Origin: Octopus sinensis | Taxonomy: Eukaryota | Direction of reading: 5' to 3' | DNA length: 64,000 nucleotides | NCBI RefSeq assembly: GCF_006345805.1 | Contig: NC_043007.1 | Location: forward strand, 57,288,001 to 57,352,000 | In this document: piece by piece, positions 25,500-36,322 of the stretch | Position numbering within the stretch: position 1 is the stretch's first letter | Layout of the letters: every line of letters begins with the position of its first letter | Notes under the pieces: generated by a model | Database searches by the model: none | Seen by the model: the letters and a program-made list of their open reading frames with translations, nothing else | Told to the model about the DNA's origin: nothing | Position numbers and translations under genes: made by a program

Positions 25500-25995
25500 A
25501 TACCCACAATCTCTTTCTCTCCCTCTTTCTCCTTTTCTGTCTCTGTCTCTTCTCTCTCTCTCTCTATCTCTCTCTCTCTTTCTACCTTAGACATAGTCAT
25601 ATCCACGCCTCAAATTCATGGCCTCAAACCCCAGAATCATAGTCTTCCTTTCACAAACATACAGATATACACACTATATTTTTCTTTCTTTCTTTCTTTC
25701 TTTCTCCCTCTTCCATACATACAAAAACACACAATCTACACCGTCCCTCTTTTCCTCTCTCTTTCTCTCCCTCCCTCCCTCTCTCTGTGTCTTTCTGTCT
25801 GTCTGTCTTACTCTCTCATTCCCTCTTTCTCGTGCACACACAGACACCTACACATTCGTCATTTTATCATTACTTGGCTTGTCTCCTCCCTACATCTCTC
25901 CTTTCCTCTTCACTCTTTGTCCTGTCTTCTTCCCTCCTTCTCTTCACTCTCCTTTCTAACCCTCCCTCTTTCAACCCCCTCTTTCTCATAAGCTA
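25500..25995. repeat. Polypyrimidine (CT)n-derived tract
   Basis: Directly visible. Confidence 0.9.
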
Positions 25996-26760
25996 AATCT
26001 CGCTCTCTACACTAGTTGGCCTTTCTCGCTGAGCTAACATCCATCCATCCATCCATCCATCCATATGCGCATATACATATACGCACACATACATACATAC
26101 ATACATACATACATACATACATACATACATACATACATGCATACATACATACATACGTACATACATACACCCATATATACATACAAGCATGCATGCTCGT
26201 ACCCATAAACACATTTACATAAACATACGCATAAATATCTATATATACAAATGTATCTTTTCAATCCCATCTCCGTCCCTCCACAATTCCTACCGTTTAT
26301 AATAACATGGAGTAAGTGAATATATACAAATATATGCACGCACACACACACACAAACACACCTACACGCGCGCATATACATACACAAACGTACAACAATG
26401 AATGGTGGTTTCATGGCCTCAAACCCCAGACCCATGTACTAATCAACAACAGAGAGATTTTACTGTACAGTTGGTTAGTGTTATATCGGCTGCACCAATG
26501 TATGTCATTTCGAAAAGGGTCTTGCATTTAAGTAAGTGACTACACATGTCAGTCACGTGTCGAAACAACGCAGTTGACGTTCGTTGCCGGCTGTTTACAA
26601 CGCCGACAATATACATACGCGCGCACATGCAGGCACACACTCATACATACATGCATACAAAAATATATACATCCATCCATACATACATGTGTATGTGTGT
26701 GTGCGTGTATGTGTGTATATGTGCGTATATATATATATATATATACACATATACTTACAT

Positions 26761-26799
<39 letters not shown>

Positions 26800-27343
26800 G
26801 TATATATATATATATATAATTATACAATTACATATATATATACATATGTATATACATTTATACATATATATGCATTTGTTTGTGTGCATGTGTGTATACA
26901 CACAGACACATATACATATATTTATGTATGCATGCATATATACATACATACAAACACACACACACACACACACATATATATACATATATACATGCACGCA
27001 TGCAGAGAGAAACCGCAAACGCACATACACATGCACTCCCGCATACATGTGTATCTGCATCTGACCTGCTCACGCGAGCACAATTTGTAAAACGAAGTAA
27101 TACAGATATCCACATGCAGATGGCTTTGTGAGGTAGACATTATAAAACAAGTATATGACGTAAAACATGAGTGTCTACACGCGTGATTACTATTGCATTA
27201 AAATGGTGTGGAACCCTCTCCCCAGCTCAAGCCTTGCAATGTCCTGCGTCCGTCATTGGTTGTTACACATGTATCTAATCATGTAATGTATTGTTCTCTG
27301 TCTTACTCTTTCTCTCTCTTCTTTTCTCATATATATATATATA

Positions 27344-27377
<34 letters not shown>

Positions 27378-27379
27378 AA

Positions 27380-28655
27380 ACTACGGTTTACTAAAAATCC
27401 ATAAGATCCCGATAATTAATGAAATCTGTAAACAATCATCAGGCATATATATTAATGTCCAAACACCACGAAATTTAAAACTAAGATCCATTATTGCTGA
27501 CCCGTCATGTGAAACCCATCGCTTAAGCAATTTTCTCGACATCCTACTGAAACTCTTTTTGAAATATACCGAAAGCTTCATTAGAGATGATCTGGATATG
27601 CTAAACCACCTACCAAAAACAATCAATGAAGCCACAGTTATGGTATCCTTCGATGTTGTGAACCTTTACACTAATATCTCATACAACTATGAAATAGAAG
27701 CAATCAAATTCTGGTTGGAAAACTATCCAGATCTACCATAGCGCATCAACCAGAAATTTATAATTGAAGCATTAACATTTACCCTCCAAAACAATTACAT
27801 CTTGTTTGATACCGATTACATTGACAAAAATCTGGATTTGCAATGGAAACAAATATTGTGAACCTAATAATGGGATATTTATGATTTAACTATATATCAA
27901 GTACTACGACAAAAATAAGGATACTCATTTTATCAATATATGAAAGAGAACTGAAAAAGATATCTGGATGACTGTTTTATTCTTTGCAATGAAAGTATCG
28001 GTGAACTTCGAATTTGAAACACTGATCAATGGTATAAATTCTAACATTCAATTTAAAATGGAGTACCACAAAGAATAACTTTCATTCCTCAATATTTTAC
28101 CAAAAAAACAAAACAAAAAAAGAGGTCAACAATTAAATTCAAATTGGTATCTTCTATAAATTCACAAACTCGAAGCAATACCTAGTATTTAACTCATGCC
28201 ACCCGAAACACTCAAATAATATTCGTTTTAATTTACCGAAAAGGATGTGTACAATAGTGTCTGATACAAATAACCGGTTCTGCCGACTTGAACATAAAAC
28301 CATACTAATCGGGAGACACACTAACACCCTTCACTAATAGATAATGGGATTAAACGTACGAAGAAAATAGACATCCAAACACTAAGAAAAATAAAACGAA
28401 ATAACACACTCCATTCAAAAATACCACCCTATATTTCTACTCGCAACCCTACAATCAAAATTTACCTATGATCACAAGGGACTCTAAGATTAACCATATC
28501 TACAAACACACATATCCATCAAAAGTATAAAAACAACCAAAATCACTAAAGAGAATACTCACAGGTGTGAAATTACACCCAACAGCATCGGAACCAAGTG
28601 TTTTTGAAGCGGACGTCCAAGCTGTAGATCATACCCCAACCTACTGGAAAAATCA
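27380..28655 (+). mobile_element. Decayed Neptune-like PLE RT fragment (copy C)
   Basis: LLKIHKIP...LKLRSIIADPSCETHRLSNFLDILLK...SFIRDDLDML..LP...VSFDVVNLYTNI...RYLDDCF; many stops and shifts. Confidence 0.9.
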
Positions 28656-28787
28656 GAATTTTTGCTGAACTTATATATATATATATATATATTAGAAGAA
28701 ATGAGGTACTCAGAAGATCGGATGGTTTATATTTACAGATCTTTATTTATATATTACATTTTTTATATACATATCATATCACTTAGA

Positions 28788-28828
28788 TCATTAGCCCTTT
28801 CTCCCATTCTAGTGGGGTTTTCAAATCA
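28788..28828 (-). ncRNA. Decayed HHR with U3:A8 core in a solo unit at about 28692-28900
   Basis: tgat TTGAAAA c CCCA ctagaa TGGG a GAAAG gg CT A atga; one mismatch each in stems I and II. Confidence 0.45.
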
Positions 28829-29421
28829 AACTAAGTTCCTGTGTGAAGAATTTTGATCATTTTGTAGAGTTTCGTAGTGGTGGGGAGGAATATAAGACAG
28901 AGAGAACATGTGTGTATGTGTGTGTGTGTGTGTGTGTTTGTATCTGGGGTGAATGCTAAAGCGAAAGAGGGGAAGGGAGAGGGAAGAAGAAGAAAATAAT
29001 TTTTTTAGTCTACTGGACAGAATATTGACTCCAAGGGTGTTCTAAGGCCTTAGGAAAAAAAAGGAATTTTAGCTTTGACCACTCCACAGTGTCACTGAGT
29101 GTGTGACGGCGGAGAGGTAGGCCATAAATTATATTTCCTTTTATCATTGTGAGAATGGTCAAATGCTTTTTTGGGTTTAAGAATTCTTTCCACTTTTTAT
29201 GATCGTTTTGTGGAGGTGTGTGTGTGTGTGTGTGTGTCTGTGTGTGTGTCCGTGTGTGTTTGTGTGTGTATGTGTGTGTGTGTGTACGTGTGTGTGTGTG
29301 CGTGTGTGGGTGTCTGTGTGTTTGGAGAAGAGAAGAGAGAAAAAAAAGGAAAAAGAAAAAGAAAAATAAGGGAGGAAGGGGAAAAGTTGTGTTGATATTT
29401 ATACCACTATATATATATATA

Positions 29422-29811
29422 GGCGCAGGAGTGGCTGTGTGGTAAGTAGCTTGCTAACCGACCACATGGTTCCGGGTTCAATCTCACTGCGTGGCATCTT
29501 GGGCAAGTGTCTTCTGCTATAGCCCCGGGCCGACCAATGCCTTGTGAGTGGATTTGGTAGACGGAAACTGAAAGAAGCCTGTCGTATATATGTATATATA
29601 TATGTGTGTCAGTGTTTGTCCCCCTAGCATTGCTTGACAACCTATGCTGGTGTGTTTACGTCCCCGTCACTTAGCGGCTCGGCAAAAGAGACCGATAGAA
29701 TAAGTACTGGGCTAACTACAAAGAATAAGTCCCGGGATCGAGTTACTCGATTAAAGGCGGTGCTCCAGCATGGCCGCAGTCAAATGACTGAAACAAGTAA
29801 AAGAGTAAAGA
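29422..29811 (+). mobile_element. SINE family 2, full length
   Basis: Complete tRNA head, core, internal microsatellite, right half and gtaaaagagtaaag tail. Confidence 0.92.
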
Positions 29812-30091
29812 GTATATATACATGCTTCTACATGAAATATTAGAACCCCCCCCCACCTTTTATCGATTCAAAATGAACAACTAAATTACACCATCTTGAA
29901 AATTGCATATCATAGGAAAGTTAAAATTAAAATGACAATTAAAAAGTAAAGATGAAGTAAATTACAAAAATAAAATAACGTATATAACAGGCGATATATA
30001 TACACACACACATATATATACATATACACACATACACTAAATGTTCTACTATATTAAATTGTAAATCGAAAGATGTGTCCTTCAATGTCAC

Positions 30092-30149
<58 letters not shown>

Positions 30150-30153
<4 letters not shown>

Positions 30154-30545
30154 GTGTAGGAAGAAATGGAGCTGAACGAAGATTTAACAAAATTCCTTTA
30201 TATTATTTTCTACATATGTTTCAAAGGCTGCAAAGTCCCTAATTCGGATTGAATAAGGAGTCCATTTTGCAGCTTTCTCTTCAGGAAAATCCAGGAACTT
30301 AATTCTCCAACAAAATGCACAACAAGCTTTTCGACAAACGCTCACGAGGAGCCCATGAAATAAATGACACAAACTGTCTATCTATATGCGTTGACGCCAG
30401 ACTGGGTGAAAGCAGAAGAGATTGTCCGTTGAGATAGTTCAAGGTCAGAATCCGGTTGGCAGAAGGGGGAGTACAGGAAAATCAAAGAGTGTGAATGTAT
30501 TCTGTATGACTGGTGTTTATATTTGAATTATCTTAAGAATGAGTG
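30150..30545 (-). mobile_element. 3'-terminal PLE fragment/pseudo-LTR between two (TA)n tracts
   Basis: Carries the HHR at 30205-30290; the upstream part weakly resembles a GIY-YIG C-terminus. Confidence 0.6.
30205..30290 (-). ncRNA. Type I hammerhead ribozyme, canonical core, long stem II
   Basis: attttc CTGAAGA g AAAG CTGCAAA [about 30 nt with further pairing] TTTGCAG c CTTT GAAAC ATAT GT A gaaaat: 6-bp stem I, palindromic ACATATGT stem III, GUA site. Confidence 0.85.
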
Positions 30546-30677
30546 TATATATATATAAAATAGTAAAAAGTGAAAAAACTATAGAAGGTTTGTTTTAAAA
30601 GGTTAAAAAATATATATTTGAGTCAATATGTCTGAAGAATATTATAAATTTTTTTCTTACAATGACATAGTTTAGAA

Positions 30678-30713
30678 GAAATGACAGGTTTCGCGTTCAG
30701 CTTTTCAAATTTC
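30678..30713 (-). ncRNA. HHR with compensatory U3:A8 core in the 3' pLTR of copy A
   Basis: gaaat TTGAAAA GC tgaac GC GAAAC ct GT C atttc: perfect 5-bp stem I, GUC site. Confidence 0.75.
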
Positions 30714-30797
30714 ATACATCGTTATGTTTATGTTGAGAAGAGTTCTAGTTAAGGGGAGGTAATAAGTCATTTCTTCCGGTGTAAGGGAGGTAATCGC

Positions 30798-33700
30798 TTA
30801 AAATTTTTTGTCTTTCCTTTGGAGTGAATTTCTCTGTATAAGTATGTTGGAATGGTTAAGTCTGGGCTTGTACATTTCAATGAAGAATGTTTCCTTGTTT
30901 AGTCTAATTTGTGTTGGTGTTCCGATAAAACATTGGTAAAATGGAAAGATTAAAAATTGTGGTAGTAGTTGCTTTGCGCATTTCTCAATGTGCTCACTAA
31001 AAGGTATCATTCTGTATTCTGGGAATGCAATCTGTTGTCGATGCAGTGTGCATCTACGTCTGAGTGATAGTCCCGTGGACCCCACGTAGTCTTGGTAGCA
31101 GCCCGAGCATTTTATGACATAAATTATGTTTTCAGAGGCACAAGTAAAATTAGATTTGATCTTGAATTTCTGTCCCTCTTTGAAGAGGAATTCTGATCCT
31201 TCTAGCAGGTTTGGACATGTTGCACAGTTCGGTCTACCACATTTTTTTAACTTTTGCATCCGTAATTTCAGAAAACAATTTTGCCTTTGTGAGAATCTTT
31301 TTAAGTGATTTAGGTTGTTTGTAGCTTTTAATGATTTGGTGTATGTTTAAAATTTCCTTTAATTTGGGGTCCTTATGAAGTATTGGTAAATTCTGGGTGA
31401 TGATGGTGAAGGCTTCTTTGTTTCTGGGGTTGTATGTGGATATGTAAGGTAGTATTTTCAGGGAAGGTGTGTTGTTGTGTTGAACTTTTCTTAAAGTTTC
31501 TATGTTGATTTCTGTTGCACGACTGATCCCATCCTCTATGAGTTGAGCTGGGTAATGTCTGTCAATTAGGGTGTTTTTGAGTTCTTGCAGTCTAAAGTTC
31601 CTGGTATTTTGTTCTGACACTATTGTGCATATCCTTCTTGGTTGAAAGGGATGTTTGTTTTAGTGTGTCTTGAATTAAAAAGAAGGTATTGTTTGGCGTC
31701 TGTGGCTTTGTAAAAAATGTCTGTTTCTATTTTAAGGTTAATTTTTTTAATTAGTATATCCAAGAATGGGAGCTCCTTTTGGTTATATTCCATTGTGAAC
31801 TGTATATTTGGGTTTATGCTGTTCAATAGGTTTTTAAATTTTAGGAGTTTATCTGTGTTTTCATTCCAGAGTATAAAACAATCGTCCAGGAATCGTTTCC
31901 AATTCTCTTTTATGTATTGAGAGAGGGGGTTTCCAAAGATTGATAAAGGTTCCTGGTAAATGATTATTTCCAGGTAGCCCATTGTTAAGTTCGCAATGAC
32001 TGGTGCTGCCCTTGTGCCCATAGCAATTCCGGATTTTTGACGGTAAAATGTATTGTCAAACATGAAGTGGTTATTATGTAGGATGAATTCAATTGATTTA
32101 GTAATGAATTCTTTACTGATCCTTTTTGATATTTCTTCCGGAAATTGGTCCAACCAGAACTGTATTGCCTCTAGTCCATAATTATGAGGTATACTGGTAT
32201 ATAAGTTAACTACATCAAATGAAACCATGATTGCTTCTTCCTTGGCTTTTTTTGGAAGGTGGTTTAACATATCTAAGTCATCTCTGATATGGCTATCGAT
32301 ATGTTTAAGGAAGGGTTTCATAAATAGACTTAGTCTATAAATAGACTTAGTCTGTGTGTTTCACAGGTTGGGCCAGCTACAATGGGTCGTAGTTTTAGGT
32401 CCCCCGGGTTAGGTGTGTGTATGTATGTCTTTGGTGATTTTTTAATGGTTTCATTTATAATTTGGCTTTTATGAATTTTTGGCAGACCATAGAAAAGGCT
32501 AGGTTTGCATTTAAAGTTTGTTAGAAAGTCAATCTCTTTGGTTGTTAGTTCCTTTTCATGGGTTTTAATTAGTGAAGATAGAGTTTTCATTATTTTTTGT
32601 GGGGTGTAGTTGGTAATTTTTTCATAATGTTGGTTGTCATCAAGCAAGGAAATTACAAGATTTCTATAATATGATGTATCTATTATTACAACTGCATTTC
32701 CCTTGTCTGCTTCCTTAATGGTTATATCTTCATCATTTTTAAGTTCTATCAGTTCCTTCCATTGTGTAGTGTTAAAATTTGAGTTAACTGTCTGTTTATG
32801 TATAGTATGGTAGGGAAAGTTCTCAATGTGGTTACAGAATTCGTCAAGATCTTTATTTCTTCCTCTGTGGGGGATGTGTTCACTTTTGTTCTTGACTAGT
32901 GATTCATCTTCAGTATTGAAACTGGTTGATGCTTCTGCTAGTCTTAATTTTCTGCAAAATTCTGTTATATTATCCTTGATTTCATTTTGGTTGGCTCTGC
33001 GTGGAGTTGGCGTAAATTTGAGCCCTTTTGAGAGGATGTCAATTTTTATGTTAGAGAGAGGTTTGGTTGGAAGGTTGATTATCTTCGGTTTTTCCTTATT
33101 ACTAGGTTCCAGCCTGTGTCCTGGTGTCTCTGGTCCCTGGCTAAAAAATGTTGGGTGTAATTTTGTTTGTATGAGTTGTCTGTGAGGTTGTGTGATATTG
33201 GGTCGGGGGAATGGTGATATTGTTGCCCCCGATTGTTGTGTGTGTGTGGGAATCTATGGTTGCTTTTGTTTGTGGTGTGTGTAAAATTTCTGTATGTGAA
33301 ATATTTTTGTTTCGAACTGCTTGTATGTGGGATGTTGCTTGACATAGTGTTTTTTTGCGTTTGTCTTGTGTTCAGTGGGGACCAGTAATTTTGTTTCATG
33401 GGGTAGTAGCGACTTGTGTGTGGTGTATTTCTTATTCTAGTGTCGTTTTGTGCTGTATGGTGGTTGGGTCTGGTATTAGGATATTGTTGGTGTGTTCTGT
33501 TTTTGGTGTAATTTATTTCATAGACGCGTTGTCTGTCAGCTTGTTCCCTGTTAAGTCTTGCGTGGTTTGAAAATGTTGGTTGTGGGTGATTTCTGTTTCT
33601 AGTGTATGGAGGATAGTTGGGGGTTGTTCGTGGGTTGTTTTTTTTTTTTTTTTTTTTTTTGTAATTTTCTTAAGGAAGGGATTATTTGTACCCAATTCAT

Positions 33701-34424
33701 TTTTGAAGAAATCGTTGCTTTTTTCCCAGCGCAGGAGAGAATTTCTGTCTTCTTTTTCACAGGTATCCTTCCAGTGATCTAATGTATTTTCGAGGGGTTG
33801 TCCCTCGGTATGTTTTTGTATTATATTGTGCATCTCCTCGTCGATGCTTTTAAATTTTTCCTCATTTGTGGAGGCCCTAAGTTTTAGAAGCTCTATTTCT
33901 GATCTTAAATTGAATAGTGCTGACTTTTCCCTAATAGTTCTCTGTCCGTCAGGCTCGTTAGGAATTATTTTTATCTGGAATTTGCGTGGGAGAACAATTA
34001 GTGTTGAGTTCATCCATCCCTCGTATATATCTGCTTTGTTGGAATTTTTTATCATGTTCCAGAAGGCGAGTTTTCTATTGTGCAAGTTTGTATTCCAAAT
34101 GCTTCCTATTTTTCTTTTTGCTGGGTTAATTTGAGTGCGTATGATGTCCTGGTGTGTTTCATTTGGTGTGTGTTTTTTATTGTCGGATTTGTTGATGAAA
34201 ATTGAATTTAGTGTTGTGTATAACAGTTGCAAATCCTTACTAACCTGGTCAGTGTAGCGAGTTGTATCTTCACTGTTTTTATTTTCCCGGGCGAGTAGGT
34301 TTGAGTCCTCGATTTTGTTGTTTAGGGTAATGAGCTGTGTATTAATACCTTTAAGTTCTTTGAGTATGTCCTCATTTGTAGTTTTATCCGAGGTGTTAGT
34401 CTTCTGTGGCATTTTCGGTCTCAC
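30798..34424 (-). pseudogene. Frameshifted PLE polyprotein (about 1200 aa): long N-terminal region, RT, Cys linker, GIY-YIG
   Basis: KEADKGNAVV, FYGLPKIHK, LRPIVAGP, SFDVVNLYTSIP, GIAMGTRAAP, KRFLDDCF, LPFLDI, CGRPNCATC, IYVIKC..C..DYVGST, H..H..C; split across the ORF-track fragments. Confidence 0.9.
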
Positions 34425-34435
34425 GTGTTTAATAT

Positions 34436-34733
34436 ATAGATGAGAAAGTTGGTTTGTGAAAGCACGTGGTTGAATATATAGAAAATAGTAAAAAGTGAAA
34501 AAACTACAGAAGGCTTGTTTTAAAAGGTTAAAAAATATATATTTGAGTCAATATGTCTGAAGAATATTATAAATTTTTTTCTTACAATGACATAGTTTAT
34601 AATATTCTTCAGATATATTGACTCAAATATATATTTTTTAACCTTTTAAAACAAGCCTTCTGTAGTTTTTTCACTTTTTACTATTTTCTATATATTCAAC
34701 CACGTGCTTTCACAAACCAACTTTCTCATCTAT
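34436..34733. repeat. 138-bp perfect-but-one inverted repeat with 22-nt loop
   Basis: Arm 34436-34573 versus arm 34596-34733; one mismatch seen (atatgtctga versus atatatctga). Confidence 0.95.
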
Positions 34734-34840
34734 CTATCTATCTATATATATATATATATATATATATACATGCTTATACATGAAATATTAGAGAAAAAAA
34801 AACACCTTTTATCGATTCAAAATGAACAATCAAATTACAT

Positions 34841-34886
<46 letters not shown>

Positions 34887-34990
34887 TATATATAAATTCA
34901 GCAAAAATTTAGATTCAAATGAATATGGTACTTAAGTTAAAGGCACCAGAATTTGGTATGGTATTATCCTTATAAATCAAATGGGGTGAT

Positions 34991-35190
34991 TATAATCAAA
35001 ATAAGCAACAAGGATACCCATAGGTAGTGTAGCACAATCGTTTATGCTACTTCATTTAATTAAACAATGTATTACATTAAAATGCTCTACATTTTAAAAC
35101 TGATGTAATACTTACATTGTTTAATTAAATGAAGTAGCATGAAACGATTGTACTACACTACCTTTGGGTATCCTTTTTGCGTATTTTGAT

Positions 35191-35194
<4 letters not shown>
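34991..35194. repeat. About 200-bp imperfect palindrome (fold-back)
   Basis: tataatcaaaata...ggatacccataggtagtgtag...ttaattaaacaatgt versus acattgtttaattaa...ctacactacctttgggtatcc...tattttgattata. Confidence 0.9.
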
Positions 35195-35221
<27 letters not shown>

Positions 35222-35264
35222 TAATATATATATATATATATAATATATATATATATATATAATA

Positions 35265-35331
<67 letters not shown>

Positions 35332-35399
35332 ATATGTATATATATATATAGACATACATATATGTACATACTTAAATATATATGTATTTACATATGCAT

Positions 35400-35830
35400 A
35401 AATAGGTACGAGACGTCATAAAACGTAAGCAACATGAAATACGAAATACGAGAACATGGAATACGAACTTTTTGCGAACAATGAAAAAAACAAATGGAAA
35501 ACAAGACAAGTAACATAAAGAATGACTCTTCATCAGTTGTCGGCTGTTTATCTACTCCACATTTCGAGCAATTCACGACAAGATGTGTCTTCGAGAAAAC
35601 AGTTGCTCCCGCAAAAAAAATAATAAAATTTGGGATTTGCAGAGGTTAAAATTGATAACAAAAACATGACAGTGAAAACAAACAGTAACGGCTGCTAATC
35701 CATAACGAGGTGAGGTGGCGAACACTGGAGGCACAAGCTTTGACAGAAGAAAAGGAGAGGAGAGGAGACAGATAAGAATGCGCTTGATCTCTGTGGCAGA
35801 TCAAAAGGAAAGAAGGAAACTTTATATGAG
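35400..35830 (-). repeat. Dispersed repeat, second copy at about 59600-60100 (+)
   Basis: Shared gggagcaactgt...gaagac...gagtag...gac.actgatgaag.g...ttgtc.tgtttt; probably a PLE pLTR family. Confidence 0.65.
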
Positions 35831-35970
35831 AATTATTTGCGTAATAAGATAAAAATACACACGCTGACATAGAACCAATATTACCGAATCTGGAATTTAA
35901 CTATGCTCTGTCTATAACACTTATTCAGCATTACCTGACACCTTTAGGTCTCAATGACACCATTATCTCT

Positions 35971-36007
<37 letters not shown>

Positions 36008-36022
36008 ATGTATATATGTATT

Positions 36023-36062
<40 letters not shown>

Positions 36063-36166
36063 GGAGTAAGCACATAAATGTGAAACAAGGTGGAAAAAAG
36101 AGTACTCAAATACCAGAGGTAGAGTAATATGCTTTTTTTGTAAAGCAGCAGAAATATTACAAAAGC

Positions 36167-36196
36167 TGTTACTCAGAATTTCACGTTCGTCGGACA
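36167..36196 (-). ncRNA. HHR-like motif, U4C core, collapsed stem II
   Basis: tgt CCGACGA ACGT GAA ATTC t GAGT A aca; mirror image of 36201-36230. Confidence 0.55.
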
Positions 36197-36200
36197 GTTT

Positions 36201-36230
36201 TGTCCGACGAACGTGAAATTCTGAGTAACA
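36201..36230 (+). ncRNA. HHR-like motif, U4C core, collapsed stem II
   Basis: tgt CCGACGA ACGT GAA ATTC t GAGT A aca. Confidence 0.55.
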
Positions 36231-36264
36231 GCTTTTGTTATATTTCTGCTGCTTTTAAATAAAG

Positions 36265-36322
<58 letters not shown>

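Larger units (their letters stand above)
30550..34733 (-). mobile_element. Near-full-length Neptune-like Penelope element (copy A) with direct and inverted pseudo-LTRs
   Basis: RT and GIY-YIG motifs; pLTR segment at 30550-30674 repeated at 34475-34599, plus an inverted arm at 34596-34733; (TA)n at both ends. Confidence 0.95.
36142..36255. repeat. 55-bp-arm palindrome (4-nt loop) made of two inverted HHR cores
   Basis: aaagcagc...gtcggaca gttt tgtccgac...gctgcttt, one mismatch. Confidence 0.95.

Noticed and set aside
33641-33660. A20 run in the PLE ORF as a programmed frameshift site
   Set aside because: Absent from the homologous region of copy B; likely slippage or a sequencing error.
29813-34838. 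78-bp direct repeats (29813-29890, 34761-34838) as a giant TSD of PLE copy A
   Set aside because: Several mismatches and the left copy does not abut the insertion; better read as two copies of a dispersed repeat.
35525-35600. Apparent permuted (type II) hammerhead, also at about 59930-59990
   Set aside because: CTGATGA and GAAA are present, but no stem I or valid NUH site can be formed between them.
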